DNA of 64,000 nt from Octopus sinensis (Eukaryota). A model generated the notes under the pieces. The model made no database searches. It was not told where the DNA came from and saw only the letters and a program-made list of their open reading frames with translations. The position numbers and the translations under genes were made by a program. The stretch is taken from assembly GCF_006345805.1 (NCBI RefSeq), contig NC_043003.1, forward strand, positions 55,428,001-55,492,000. The letters are read 5' to 3'. The first letter of the stretch is position 1. Each line of letters starts with the position of its first letter. Below are positions 1-13,416 of this stretch, one piece after another.

Positions 1-31
1 TACACATATATATTTATATATAGACACACAG

Positions 32-82
<51 letters not shown>

Positions 83-899
83 GAGAGAGAGATATGCAAA
101 TATACGTAAACACAAATGTGTATGCATAGAGATAGAAGTATTGATAGATAAATGCATAGACAAACAGATAGATACATAGTTAGATAGAATGATAGACATA
201 TAGATAGAAAGAAAGAGTGAGGGGGTATAGTACATAGTTAAAAATCTTCAATTGAAGAGAAAATGCTGCTTCTTCCTTCGATAAGTATAAATTTTAGCGA
301 GAGATATATGGCGTAACTTTTTGAAATTTAGAACGATGTGAATGTTACAGCAAGAAACCCTTGAACTCCTTAAAACAAATATGGTTAAAATCTATATCGT
401 CAGACAGTGTTTGTATTTTACTCAGATGTTGGCGCAAATAGATTACAGTAGCAAAATTTCCTTCTTTTTATGGATATGTGCTCTCCATTTACTTATTGGA
501 GAGCTGCCTTTGATTTGTAGAAGATTAGATTGTTCTTTCTCGCATGATATTGTTTCTCACATGACTCTGTAACATAGTGGCCCTCCTGCTAGCTGGCTCG
601 TTTACAGCTCTGAGCTTGGTTGAAACAACTACCACTTTTGCTAGCAATCTTTTACTGATGATAATTGTCATAGATCTTATGCAAAAATTCCTGATGTATT
701 TTATAACATGGAGACATATTCCTCTATTTTACTATTTTAGTATACCTAGCGTACTATATGTTCATTGACTTACAGATTAACGTTGTTTATATAACCTCAT
801 GCACCAGAGCATCCCCGTATTTCATGGCGAAATTTCATGATAAATCTACTGGCTGTAACTTCGTTTATCACAACCTCTATTATTCCATAGACCGCATAA

Positions 900-1634
900 G
901 CTGCGAAGATAATGAAGACATTTCAAAAGCTGTAAAAAGGGTGGTGGAAAATAGACAAGAACAACACATTTAAGCTATCCCTTATTATGCTAGTCATATC
1001 TATGCCAGGCACGAAAGCAATCTATATTTCAGTATTTCTGTTAAGAAGATGCATACACCCGTACGAGTTTGTCATAAAAAATAGAATTGTATTGTTAATT
1101 TGAAGTTCGGATTTTCCTCGAATGGAAACGCTGGTCAGTCTAGCCCATTGGGGTGGAAAAAATTCTCAATGAACCTTACGTGCAGAGTAAATTAAAGTGG
1201 CATTTTACTACTAAACTTTCGCAAATGCAGGATAATTACTTTCAAAGATTCTGAGAACAAAGATCGATGCATCGTAATACGTTTGAAAGAATATTGACCT
1301 GAGTCTCAAACGGCTCAAATGGTTTTAATGAAATAGCTGTCATGATAGGCACAAAATCCAGGTTTCATACCGGAAATGGGTCCACTATCTCGCCAGCTTG
1401 TAAAACTATGGTGGAAATCATGGAGGAAAAAGCTAAAGAAACTATTAACAAAAATTTCAAATGATACAGCACACACAAACACTTAGATCTAAGAAATGAT
1501 CCCTATTTTAGCTAATCAGCTGAAAACACTGGAAGAAAACGTTGACTGCTATTTCCCTAATTGAGCAAAGAAAATTGCAACTGGGGTCAAAAAGACTTCA
1601 TAAATAATCCATTCCAATGGTCGCAAGTTTACAA
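900..1634 (+). pseudogene. Degraded hAT (Buster/ZBED8/FAM200-like) transposase relic, cut by assembly gap
   Basis: Frameshifted translation gives NIDLSLK (~1290), KIQVSYRK (~1353) and ILANQLKTLEENVDCYFP...NW....NNPF (1505-1615). These resemble the Buster-type C-terminal motifs LNLSLQG, DKI.AF..KL and L...F..YFP...W..NPF. Many stops; left boundary uncertain. Confidence 0.4.
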
Positions 1635-1734
1635 NNNNNNNNNNNNNNNNNNNNNNNNNNNNNNNNNNNNNNNNNNNNNNNNNNNNNNNNNNNNNNNNNN
1701 NNNNNNNNNNNNNNNNNNNNNNNNNNNNNNNNNN
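1635..1734. other. Assembly gap (100 N)
   Basis: Run of exactly 100 N; flanks are unrelated (hAT relic left, SINE right). Confidence 0.98.
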
Positions 1735-1860
1735 CTTTCAGTTTACGTCTACCAAATACACTTAAAAGTCTTTGGTCGAGGCTAGAGCGGAAGACACCTT
1801 CCCAAGGTGCCGCGAAGTAGGACTGAACTCGAAACCATGTGGTTGGGAAGCAAGCTTCTT
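1735..1860 (-). mobile_element. CORE-type tRNA-derived SINE, 5' head fragment
   Basis: Minus strand AAGAAGCTTGCTTCCCAACCACATGGTTTCGAGTTCAGTCC...GCACCTTGGGAAGG matches the family heads at 5609 and 32311. Confidence 0.85.
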
Positions 1861-2079
1861 TATTTTATCAAATTAACCATAAAGGCTTTACATAGATGGA
1901 ATCAAATTCTGGATGGACAATAACACAAATGAAATAAATAATGAGTAAAATAGTGATACTGATGAGGGAAGGAGACTACGCTTCATCAATTTGTTTCTCT
2001 TTTATAAAAACAAATTCAGATTATATTTGAACACTATATATATTTGAACAAATTCAGATTATACACCTCTTACTATAGT

Positions 2080-3165
2080 TCAATGAGACACAAGGTCCTT
2101 ACAAATGAGGCCTCTTACTTTTATCCCCCGCCGGCGCCCAGACAGGTCCAATGCTTCATTCAAATACGCTGATTCCGCCATGTCGGGATGCTTCAGCCGG
2201 GAGTGGAATGCGTTTTCGCGGAAGGAGTTCATTACCATGAGCAAATCTGTCTCCGACATGACCTTAGCAGCCACTTGTGGAGGTCATGCAAAGTTCTCAA
2301 TACAGGCTAGAACCCTCCCCTCCGACCCTCTAGGGTAAAGACTTTCATAAATTCTTTAATTGCCCCTCCATTGTTGAAGAAGATTACAAATTCCTGCTTC
2401 ACCCAGTTTTGCTTCTTTTTTTCTTTTGCCATGTGAGGGTGGAATTCTTCCGTTTTGCCCGGAAGATTTTCCTCCTCCAGCCTTAGGATCCCTCGGTGGG
2501 CAACCATTGCCACCCAACTACTTCCCATTTCGGCCCTTTTTCGCTGAGGAGGACTACACCTCCTCGACCATCTCCTTCTCTCCATCCGATCTAGGATTGG
2601 AGGGGGCCTTCCTCAACTAACACCTCTAGGACCCTACTCTGATCCTGGGGACAGTTCTTTTTTATATGGCCTGGGTCTAGGCGGAGGTGACACTTGTAGG
2701 TGGGGGAGACGCGGCCCTCAAGTATCACTGGATACCCGTTACCAGCCATAGTCAGAAAATCCTGGAAGACCAGATTCTTAGCTTTGACCCAACCCCATCA
2801 GCCACCGGCAACATTTTTACATTAAGCATCTTGGATCCGCTGCCACCCAGACCCCAGCGGATAGTATATTCTATCCACTCGGGTTAGATTACAGGTGGCA
2901 ACCCGCAGACCCAAACTCTTGTCAACTTCTTCCCACAATATGTAAGAAGAAGCAGGATCTCCTGGCCTTCCAAGGGTTGGCTCGTAAATTTGCGAGACTC
3001 CTCAGAAGTGTCAAATAGCAACCTCACCGTTACATACTTGGTACCCTTGGAAATAATTTTATATTTGTCAGATTATCAGCCAACGTCTTCTCAATCCCTA
3101 TGTTTTTGAAGACGGCGATGGTGTCGAGCGACTTTGAATAAGTCCTCAACACCACCGTCTCTCTC
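2080..3165 (-). pseudogene. Tx1/L1-clade LINE ORF1 relic (no ORF2)
   Basis: Frameshifted minus translation RTVVLRTY...KGTKYVTVRLLF...TYCGKKLTRVWVCGLPP...PEW...PVILEGRVSPTYKCHLRLDPGHIKKNCP is colinear with ORF1 of the 54.8-60.2 kb LINE (KTIIFKTY...YYMGMRTSRIKITRVPP...VFVEGRKPRCFLCGQLGHIRRNC). Zinc knuckle has Cys2 replaced by Arg (CGC). Confidence 0.75.
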
Positions 3166-3994
3166 TTATTTCACCTCACTCTCTCTCTCTGTATATACAT
3201 GCATAATATCTACTAAGATATCTATCTTGCGTGGACTCATCTTGAAATATTTACATAATACTGCCTATATGAAAAAAGAAGACTAAGGTACATTTTATTC
3301 CTCTCTATGAATTATGAGTATTGCAGCAAACATCTTAACTGGGTAAGATATATTGGTTCAAGACAAATACATCTCAGCTGAAACTCGCCCACTAAAGAGT
3401 TTGGTGTAAAAGATATACTGTCCTCATAATATATTTTATCACCTACATAAATGAATATGTAAATATGGCCTTCAATATACATAGAATTGAGTACATGTCG
3501 GTTCCTTCATTATTTCGAATGTTTTTCTCCGGTTATCTTAAACTTGAAATGATCCATGTCTACTTTTGTTTTCATTGTGGAGATTGTTGCTTTGCCTCCA
3601 GATCAACATTTACTGGGTACACATATTGCCTATAAATAACCAAAAATCAATAGCTTCTTATTTAATATTTTAGTATTTCATTTTAGGTGATCTCATATGG
3701 ATATTTATATTTAAATTTTAGGATGGCGGGTTGTGATTTGAAGAAAATTTGTTATTAGTAAGTGGAGAGACCACTTACAGAGAATAATGCTCTCTGGACT
3801 GTGTGTTGATATAATTGTTGATCGTAAGCATGTAAGAAATGACTATCTCGTTTTATTTGGTCAGAGAAAGAATTGCCCTGCTTTGAGTTTTCGCATCGTA
3901 ATGGAGTGATGGAGACGCTGTCACGAGATGCACTTTTTCAAACATCGCCAAAACTACCTCTCTCCATATCTGATTTATATGATTTCTACCCGTG

Positions 3995-4083
3995 AGAAGA
4001 AGAAGAAGAAGAAGAAGAAGAAGAAGAAGAAGAAGAAGAAGAAGAAGAAGAAGAAGAAGAAGCTGAAGAAGAAGAAGAAGAAG
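3995..4083 (+). repeat. (GAA)n microsatellite
   Basis: Near-perfect GAA run with one interruption. Confidence 0.97.
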
Positions 4084-5448
4084 TCTTCTTTATATATCTA
4101 CTCCAAAAAGGATAAAAGGTAGAGTTGGCCTAAGCAAGATTTGAACGCAGTAGGTAGAGGGTTAAAGCAAGTAATATAAAGCATTCTGCCTGCTTGCCTA
4201 ATGACTGTCAATTAGCTGTCTATGAAAGCGGGAACACATTGTGTGCCATGTATCCTTCCATTTTATTTTAAAACTGTAGGGTGTCAAGTAAAGGAGATAG
4301 ATTATTTATGTGTGGAATCATTCAAATTACGTAGAAATTGGTTTAGAAATGCGGTGAAATATTTGCACGCCTGTTATTGCAGACTTGGGATTTGTCCATT
4401 TGTCCATTTCATGATTAATTTCATCAATGATTCAATATTAGATGTTAACTGTTAGAAATCCATTCTAATATACTCATTTACAGCCAGGATATTGCTACTA
4501 AAGTGACGAGATATTTATTAATTTTCCTTTCCATCATATTATATAATGGAACAGAAAAAGTTTCTAATTGAATTTTGAAAATTATTGTTGTTGTTTCTGC
4601 TCCAGTTGTTGCTTGTTGTCGTTGTTTTGTTTAGTCACAGGTCAGCCCTGATGAAGCAGGCCTAAGTCGAAACGATTTCTAACCTTGAAGGTACCTCATT
4701 TTTAGAAGAATTTAAGGCTACATTTATTTAGCGTTGCTTCCTACATATTTAAGAGTGAAAGTGCAGCAATTTGAGACGCATGCATTTATCTGTTAATTTT
4801 AAGAAGTTGTGCACCGTTTAAGGGCTTAAATGTGAAATAGATATTGAAGTGCAATATTGAGAAACAATTGAATTTTACATCACAGGCCGGTCAATATTTA
4901 AGTGCGCCGATGCTCAACACAGACTGGGCGACAATATCTGGGTTTTCAATGCATCAAACTTTCCATCTCGGCATTGTTGGTGGGGTCAGAAAGAATGCAC
5001 AACACTACGTTTGTTATTTATATGCTTGCAGGATTTATTGGAAGATTGTTGGGTAGGACACTGGATTACTTTGAGGGGTAACTTGAGGATTTACTATAAG
5101 GTTAACAGATTGCGTTCTTGTTAAATGGTGGTGAGGTTATTTAAGAACCTATAACTCTGGACATATGCAATAAGGTTCTTTATCATACCTGAAATAGTGA
5201 CTGAAGTCGCAATTCACTAATTACATAACTTTCAGGACAATATTGTACTTGTCACATTATACTGTATGTTGATATCAGGTAGGTTCGCCGTGGTCCAGAC
5301 TTAATTCATAGAGCATGCAAAAGATCAAAGACATTTAAATAAAGATAATGTGTTTTGCTTTTTCTGCAAATTTAATATTCTGAGTTTTAAAGGAAAAATG
5401 GGTGCTATGTGTAAAAGTTCATTTGAATATTAGCATGAATATTTCGCT

Positions 5449-5543
<95 letters not shown>

Positions 5544-5608
5544 TATATATACATATATACTTGTGTGAGTATGTGTGTGTAATTGGGTGTATGTGTGAGT
5601 GTGTGTGT

Positions 5609-5781
5609 AGGCTCCGCGTGGCAATGTGGTAAGAAGCTTGCTTCCCAACGATATGGTTCCGGGTACAGCTACACTGCATAGCACCTTGGGCAAGTGTCTT
5701 CTACTTGAACCTCGGGCCAACCAAAGACTTGTGATTGGATTTGGTAGAGGTAAACTGAAAGAAGCCCGTCATTTATATATA

Positions 5782-5823
<42 letters not shown>

Positions 5824-6035
5824 TATATATTTGCGTGTGTCTATGTTTGTCTCCCTACCATTACTTAACAACCGATGTTGGTGTGTTAACGTCCCTGTAA
5901 CTAAGCGGGTTGTTTCGGCAAAAGAACCGATAGAATAGTACTAGGCTAACAAAGAATAAGTACTGGGGTCGATTTGTTCGACTAAAGTCGGTGCTCCAGC
6001 ATGGCTGCACTCAAATTACTGACAGAAGTAAATAA
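5609..6035 (+). mobile_element. CORE-type SINE, full length, with internal (TA)n
   Basis: tRNA-like head, CORE-like GCACCTTGGGCAAGTGTCTT, (TA)n at ~5771-5830, then 3' module ACAACCGATG...GGTGCTCCAGCATGGC. Confidence 0.9.
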
Positions 6036-6061
6036 ATATATGTAAATATATATATATAGTC

Positions 6062-6800
6062 GATGATCCAAATACCAGAAACTCAGGACTTATAGAACTC
6101 AAATGATTTCTGCTCAAGAAAAATTACCCTCTCCTACTTATAGAAAGTAGCATACAACGAGCAAAAGAGATACGTATAGAACACCTTAGGGCAACACGAA
6201 AAAGACGAACCCATCAAAGGAACACGATACCATTTCTAGTAACACACAATCCCCATCAGCAAAATACTTTTAACGTCATCAAAACAAATTTGCCAATCGT
6301 AAAACAAAGTGAAAAATACATAACTAATCAAACACTTGTCTTAAGCAAAAGACAACCACATAACCTGAAATATCTATTGACAAATGCAAAATTCAGCATC
6401 AACAAATGAGATAACACATTCACAGTATCCAAGTGTAATGATAACAGATGTGGAAGCTGGCAACGCATGCATACGGGTAGATCCATTAGAACAAAAAAAT
6501 GAACAGATTTTCGCAACTGGAGATATGAATTGCAAAAGCAAAAATTTGATCTACAGCCTGAATTGTGAAGAATTATATGTAGGTGAGACAGGGAATGCGT
6601 TATCGGAACGCTCACGAGTCAACAGACAACGATCCGAAAACCAATGTTCTCCAAAACTCATTGAGGGAACATGTAGAATCATAGTGTCAGAAAATGTTTC
6701 TATTTTATCCTTTCAACAGACTATATGACACAAGTGAGGTTGGGAGAAAGCTAAAAGGAAAACAGCAATAATATACCAAACAGTTAAAGATGTGGATTAA
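6062..6800 (+). pseudogene. Penelope-like element relic (RT thumb/linker plus GIY-YIG endonuclease)
   Basis: YPLLLIESSIQRAKEI...IPFLVTHNP...SKRQPHNLKYLLTNAKF, then (ORF 6384-6728) CKSKNLIYSLNCEELYVGETGNALSER, which is the PLE GIY-YIG signature IY...YVGET. Confidence 0.85.
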
Positions 6801-7207
6801 TAAATACAAACAACTTACAGAATATCGGTACGTCTGGCAAAACGTGATGTTTAAGAGCATGATGTTTGGTCTAAAATGTATTCTAAAACTTCAGCTTGCT
6901 GGACCTTTCTAAGCGATACTAAAGTTGTGAAAGCGCTAATTTTCTTAAAATACCATATCGTTATTCAACTTGATATATATATATATATATATATATCTTG
7001 TGCAACCTAATAAACACATCCATCTTTTCTCCCCATTCTTTTTATTTATACGGCACATTCTAACTGTTTGTCTGATCTCGTGTTACCTTCTCCCACTGTA
7101 CCCGTCTCCATTATTCTAAACACACATAATCCATATACTAACCATTTCCCGGATCATTCCTCTCCAGTACGTATCTTTTCCGGAATTTTCTCCACGCCTA
7201 TAGTTTT

Positions 7208-7315
7208 CTTTCCTGGAGCATGCTGTTCTTTCGTTTCCGCCATCGCAAAAAATAGACGAACAGGAGAGAAGCACTGTGAAAGAAAGACAAACCACTTGGC
7301 AATACGACCAATACT
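7208..7315 (-). mobile_element. Mariner 5'-end fragment (same family as 9240-10135)
   Basis: ~105 bp near-identical to 9920-10022, including the MAETKEQHA start. Confidence 0.75.
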
Positions 7316-8155
7316 TAAGATGAATATCTGCCATGTTAAAGTAATCTCTGAGTGTGTATGGCTGATGCAAAGGGAAAAACTCCTGTGGTCTTTAGTCTCA
7401 GCACAGATCAAGTTTACTTGTAATCAAATGTGCTTCAGCTATAACCGTCATCTCGATCTTTATGGGACGGATTATGATCAACAGCTTTCCGGACGGTGAG
7501 TTTGAACTTCAGCGCGTCATTTTCCTATGTACAAAAACCCAAACACTTAATTTTAATATATCCATATTTTAATATGGTATCAAAATTTTATGCCTTGTCC
7601 CTAAATCAGGAATAATTTTTATTATTCTCTTAGCATCCGTTCACTTCAGTACGAACGCAGTTCTACCTAATTTGGGTACGTACTTTGTGTAATTTTCAGC
7701 TTCATGGCGTTGTATTCTGCTAGTATTTCTGCAGTATCTGGCAGAGCTATATTCTGTTTGTTGAGTATATATGTATGTTATTGTTATTTGGTTATGTATT
7801 TATCACGGTATCTTCCTTCGGTATCAATAAAATAAATAACAGTGATGTCTCTCGTATTATTTATCTCGGCGTGCCCAACCTCACTGACAAATATGAAATA
7901 AAGTGCGCCTTTGTTGCTATCTCAGAAATCCTCATTATTCCCGTTAATATTTTTAAGTAGACTTTATCTTATTACATACTTGTTTCTATATAAGCGAATC
8001 TATGTGTGTCATTGGCAAATAAACAGTGCTTTATTCCGTTTGGTTTTGTTGTTCTGTTTTCGTACATGCTATTATTTCCAATAATTTATATATTATTGCT
8101 TTATGTTACATGGTGTGTGCGTGTATACACACATCCATCCATCCATATATATGTG

Positions 8156-8248
<93 letters not shown>

Positions 8249-9239
8249 TTGGACTATCTGAAACTATCATTTGTTCGCATGTTTCCTCTGTATTTTCACG
8301 AAATTCTGTTATGCATGTATCCTTGTATAATATATTTTTCCTTTATATCCTGTAGTGAGAGGCGATTATTTCTTCTATACTAACATGCTTGGAACACCAA
8401 TTATTATGAGAATTGTTTCTGTTTTCAATTCCCATAGTATAAACGAATATATTTCCAGCTCTTTATATTTATCTAATTTCCTGAGTTCGCCTAGATAGCT
8501 GTTATCGTCTATTGCGATTACAATATATATCAGGAGACGCTTTTTTTAATGTTTTTTTTTCTTTTCGCTTTGTCTCTAAGAATAATATCCAATCGATTAT
8601 TCTTACATTCTTTCTATTACTATGAATGGATAATTCTCTGAGTATGGTCACTTTTTAAGGTGTATTCTTATCTTTGTGAAGGTTTCACAATATCATTACT
8701 TCTTATTGTTTTTTATTTCTACACGCTTCTTACTATTATGGATATTTACAGAACATTGCTTTATACTAATCATACAGGAATGTCATAACTGATTGTGTTG
8801 TTACGAAGTCAGATTGCAGCAAATCTACTCTATAAAATACACACAAGCTAAGTAATCTCGCGTCACATTAAAGAGATATAACTGTTACCATTGAAACATA
8901 TTGGTATACGAAGAGTAGTGCTTTCATACCTGAACATATCATTCATGTTAAGTTGGAAACCTGTTCGCTTTAACTGGTCCTAGTTCGCTGGTGCGACTGA
9001 GATGGTTGGCTCTCGGCCTGGATATCAATCGTTCTACATCGGCCAGAGATACTTGATTCAATTTCATACCACATTCGATGGAGTGAGAAATATGACAGAC
9101 GTCACAGTTCTAGCCAATAGACATATACTGGGCCATAAAACTGATACATAGGCTTTCGACAAGAACTTTCAACATTTGATTATTAATATATGGATGAAGT
9201 TTATATTCCAGCAATTAATATCCGGGAACGCTACACATA

Positions 9240-10135
9240 CGAGGGGTTACCCAAAATAAACTGGGATTTTGTAATATTATTTTCTTCAAAAAGTTTTACA
9301 TGTTTACACTTTTATCGCCTTCAAAGTATCCTACATTTGTAGCAATGTATCGATCTAGCCGCATTTTCCTCAGTTCGAAGCAGTCCTATAACTTTTGCAA
9401 AATGATGCCTTTTAACGCTTCCGTCGTTTTCTTCTTGACCTCTTCCACATCTGTAAATTCCGCAGCACCAGCTTTCGTCGCCAGTGATGAACTTCGAAAA
9501 AAGGTCCAGATCAAATTCCAGCTGTATTTTTCAGTTCCCGACTCGCATTCAGTCGTGATTGCTTTTGATCTGCCGTGAACAAGCGGGGCACACATTTTGC
9601 TGTAACTCTTTTCATTCACAATTCCTCGCTAAAAATTCATTGACAGGAGCTCTAGGACACACCAGTCATATCAACAACTTTGTCAATAAATGTTTCGGTG
9701 ATGTTCTTTCAAGAACAGTTCATGAATTTTCATGAAGTTTTCTTTCGTTCGGATGGTTAACGTTCGCCCTGAACGAGGTTGGTTTTCAAGTGATAAGTAA
9801 ATATTTCTAAAGATTGAAAATCACTCGTAAACTTGTGTTTTGCTCATGACAGCGTTCTTGTAAGCTACTAGAAGCATGACAGCTGTTTCGTTTACCGTTT
9901 TCGCAGAAGAAAATAGAATTTCCTGGAGCATGCTGTTCTTTCGTTTCCGCCATCGCAAAAAAATAGACGAACAGGAGAGAAGCACTGTGAAAGAAAGACA
10001 CACCACTTGGCAGTACGACCACACTGAACGAAGCCTGTCAGCAGATGATGCCTGAGGTCGGCATCAAGTGGCTTCTAGCAGTTGAACAGGATTGTCCCAC
10101 AAAGAACGTTTCTTGTTACTTTTGGATATCCCACG
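9240..10135 (-). mobile_element. Internally deleted mariner (Mos1/SETMAR-like) with both TIRs and TA TSD
   Basis: TA(9238-39)+CGAGGGGTTACCCAAAATAAAC on the left; GTTACTTTTGGATATCCCACG+TA(10136-37) on the right. Minus translation MAETKEQ..KTVNET..TQVYE..PRSGR..VPRLFT..ITGDESWC joins directly to FTDVEEVKKKTTEALK..GYFEG, so most of the catalytic domain is deleted. Confidence 0.9.
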
Positions 10136-10384
10136 TATTGGAGTGTAGCCAAAATTTCAAAAACCAAATACGCAATGAGTTACTTCTTGTCACGTTTCTT
10201 TCTAGCAAATCAGTTCAACTATTGTTAGATCAATCATTCAACCTAATTATAGATTTCGGTTTATTACAATTCTGCTTGCTGTTATGGACTTTATTTTCAG
10301 ATTCCTTCTGCTTCTGATGTTAATATTAGCTTCACTTTCTGTCACAAGAATAGCAATTTCAGGGAAGATGAGAAGTTAATTACG

Positions 10385-10537
10385 TCGACTTCAGTGCTCC
10401 AATGGTACTTATTTTATGAACCCCGAAAGGAGGAAAGGCAAAATAAACCTCGGGGTAATTTGTAATCTAAACGTAAAGACGGACGATATCTCGCTGAGCA
10501 TTTTGACCGGCATGTTAACAATTCTTCTAGCTCGCCT
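10385..10537 (-). mobile_element. Nin/Deu-type SINE, degraded
   Basis: Reverse complement of head and the CCTTTCCTCCTTTCGGGGTTCATAAAATAAGTACCA core. Confidence 0.75.
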
Positions 10538-11250
10538 CCCTGTTGATATTAATTTTATTAAACATAATTCAATTAAGAGGATTCAAGCCATAACTCCCAA
10601 GAATTCCAATGTGTTATATCATTTCTATTTTTGAGATGGTAGACTGTAATTTGATGCAGTTTATTTGTTACTTTTGACCGTTCAAGCGACATTACTAGCT
10701 AAATAAATTAACTTTCGTTTCAAAAATTTCAATGAACTCTTTTTCTCTCTTTCCGTATATGATAACGTTATGAATTCGTAATTTTTTACAAGTTTCAATG
10801 GTATATTTTCTCAGCAACCACCGCCTACAAAATCTCAAGAATGGTAATATTTTAACAGGAATTGAGCTGAAAAAATAACATGAAAGATATTTAATTTTAT
10901 GTAAGTGAATAGGGAATTCCAAAATATTTGAAGACTTTTAGATGTAGTACCAGATTGTAATACATAAAAAAATATAAAGATTGGTTTATTTGTTGGATAC
11001 AATATAACTACGATACAAGTATACTCTGCGTTGTATTGTTTGTATCTAAAACGACATCCTATTCGTTTTACTCTTTAGTCGTCCGTATCATAATTATGAA
11101 CATAATTCCTCCGATTACGATAAGGCTTTGTGTACATAAATGTTTGATTAAAGTTATTGAAATATGTACCCACATATACGAGAAAATTCTGCAATCACTG
11201 TTAAAAGAGGATATATCGTCAAGCATAAATTTGTGCAAGTCCATGTATAT

Positions 11251-13346
11251 TAGAGTGGCCCTTAGCAATAGGTAATTTTTTGAAGGTTACAATTTTGCTG
11301 CTCCCACCCATTAATCTTGTTCCAATAAACAAAATAACGAGGTGTGCAAAATTTCATCTTACTCCAACTATTAGGCGGGCTCAAACGCCTTGAGGTTGGA
11401 ACATAGTATACGCAAGGATTAATTCTTTTCATAAGCGGTCTACGGACCCCTTCTCCACCATTTTCTTTTTTCTTCTTAAAGAAATTTACGTAGACACATC
11501 CAGGCAACCCCAACAGATGTTTAAAAGTTTTCTGAACCAAATTTACCAAAAGGTGATTTTAAAAATTCCTGAAATAAGATGAAAAACTTAAGAAATATTA
11601 GGTTTTTATTAATAAAGCGCACAATTTCTATAAAAGAAACGTATTTTTATTTACGACAATACTTTCTGTTGAATCAAAAACAAGGATTTAGTGGCGGCTG
11701 GGTAAGTTTTACTGTTTTCGGTAACGATCTGTAAAACAAATTGTTTATCACTTTCATCTTTTGTGAGGATGTTATTGTAATCATGAACGAATTTGACACC
11801 TCTTTCTGCAACATCATTCGCAACAACTGTCTTCTCAACTTTTTTAAGTCCACTTTTGTAACTACGATCATACTTCCATGTTGAAGAAAATCTCGTGAAG
11901 AAAGTTTTTGTACCAGGATTTACAAAAGATGAAAACTCGATGTTTGTAAAGGAAGAAAAGACATTTCAATCTCATCAATTGATTTTTTCTCCTTCATCTC
12001 TTTGCTCTCCTTCACCTTTGTCTGCTTCCAACATAACTTAAGTAATATTTGCCATCACCTGTGTTGGAGCAGATATTCTTCTTAAGTAGTCCTTCTCCTC
12101 AGGAGATAACTGAATTTGAAATTGAAACAGGTATATCTTGAATGCGTGAATTGCGTTTGAAATCTACCCAGCATGACATTCAGCTCCTAGTGTATGAAAT
12201 GAGATTCCGTTCATCCAAATGCCATCAAGAAAGATCATCGTTAACTCCAACAATATTCGGTAACCATTTCTCTGTTGTTTCTGCGTAGAAAGGTGATATT
12301 CAAGAAATCCACGAATAGTAGACCAGACATCATCAGGCACTTCATTGCTATTAGTTATGTAAACATTCTGCTTCACTCGACCTGTGTTGCTTGCTGTTGT
12401 AACATAGCAACGTGCCTTAATTTTGTCGGTTATACCCCACTTCTCCACAGCTTGGTAAACAGCCATGGCTGGCTGTTCTCCTGAAGATATTGGAATTTCA
12501 TGAACTCCCAACAATTACTCTTTGCCTTGAAAAATTACTATTATTGCCAGTCTATCAACCTTTTCAACGCCTGTCAGTACTTGGAGCAGTTTTCTATCCC
12601 AGTGCAACTGTAATTCTTGACACTCATTTAGGTTTAATTTGTGCTGTATTTCTGTGAATCTCACTTCTCTAAATTTTCTTCTAAGGCATTGATAATATGT
12701 ATACAAAACAGAAAACATTATAAAAACGGAGATTTTATAAAAGTGGTATTACAAATTTGTCAGGGCTACCAACACAACAGGGGAAATTGTATATCAATAT
12801 GCGCCAGAACAAAATAAATGAGTATTACAAATAAATTAACAAATAAATTACAAATAAATTAACATATATTTAAAAACACGGACAAGTCATATTAGTTCAC
12901 TGTTTATCACTAACGTATATTTCTTAATATTATATTTCTCAACACTACGGGTCCTTACAATGTACGAACGCAACTGACAAACTTACTTGCTCGCGTCTGG
13001 CCGCCAACTTGATGACGGCGAAAAATACGTGTTTGTCCTATACCTACGCACTGTCTCCAGCTTTGTAAGTTGTTTTCCCCATTATATTTATCGTCACTTA
13101 TCCTTCTACTAGCAAGAATAAATCTGAATAAGTTTCTAATTTAAGACCAATTAAATAGTAGAAAAACTTTTTATCTGAAAAGATGGCTGACCTGGCGAAA
13201 ACTTCAAAATTTCATCGTCGATGAGTGTCGCCTTGCAGGTGTTTGATTGAGCTAAAATTTTGCATAGATAGCTTTCTATTAATAGGAACAAGATAGTGAG
13301 GGTGAGAGCTAAACTTTTAGAAAGTTGAATTATAAGGGCCACCCTA
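11251..13346 (-). mobile_element. hATm-like DNA transposon, internally deleted, with TIRs and 8-bp TSD
   Basis: TIRs TAGAGTGGCCCTTA (11251-11264) and TAAGGGCCACCCTA (13333-13346), 13/14 match. Flanks ATGTATAT (11243-50) and ATGTGTAT (13347-54), 7/8 match. Minus translation has LHWDRKLL..VDRL..LLGVHEI..TTASNTG, YRILLELTMIFL..LGAECHA and VANDVAERGVKFVHDYNNILTKDE. The hATm label is recalled, not database-checked. Confidence 0.85.
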
Positions 13347-13416
13347 ATGTGTATATATATATGCGCGTGTGTGTGTGTGTGTGTGTATACATATTCCTAT
13401 GTATGTATATATATAT

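Noticed and set aside
14-235. ORFs rich in YI, CV, HT or LS repeats, here and throughout the window
   Set aside because: Translations of (TA)n, (TG)n, (CA)n and (TATC)n tracts.
3928-4122. Poly-lysine ORF
   Set aside because: (GAA)n microsatellite with no flanking coding signal.
4646-4680. CTGATGA...CGAAAC hammerhead-like match
   Set aside because: Stems II and III do not pair; it lies in an unrelated repeat (AGGTCAGCCCTGAT).
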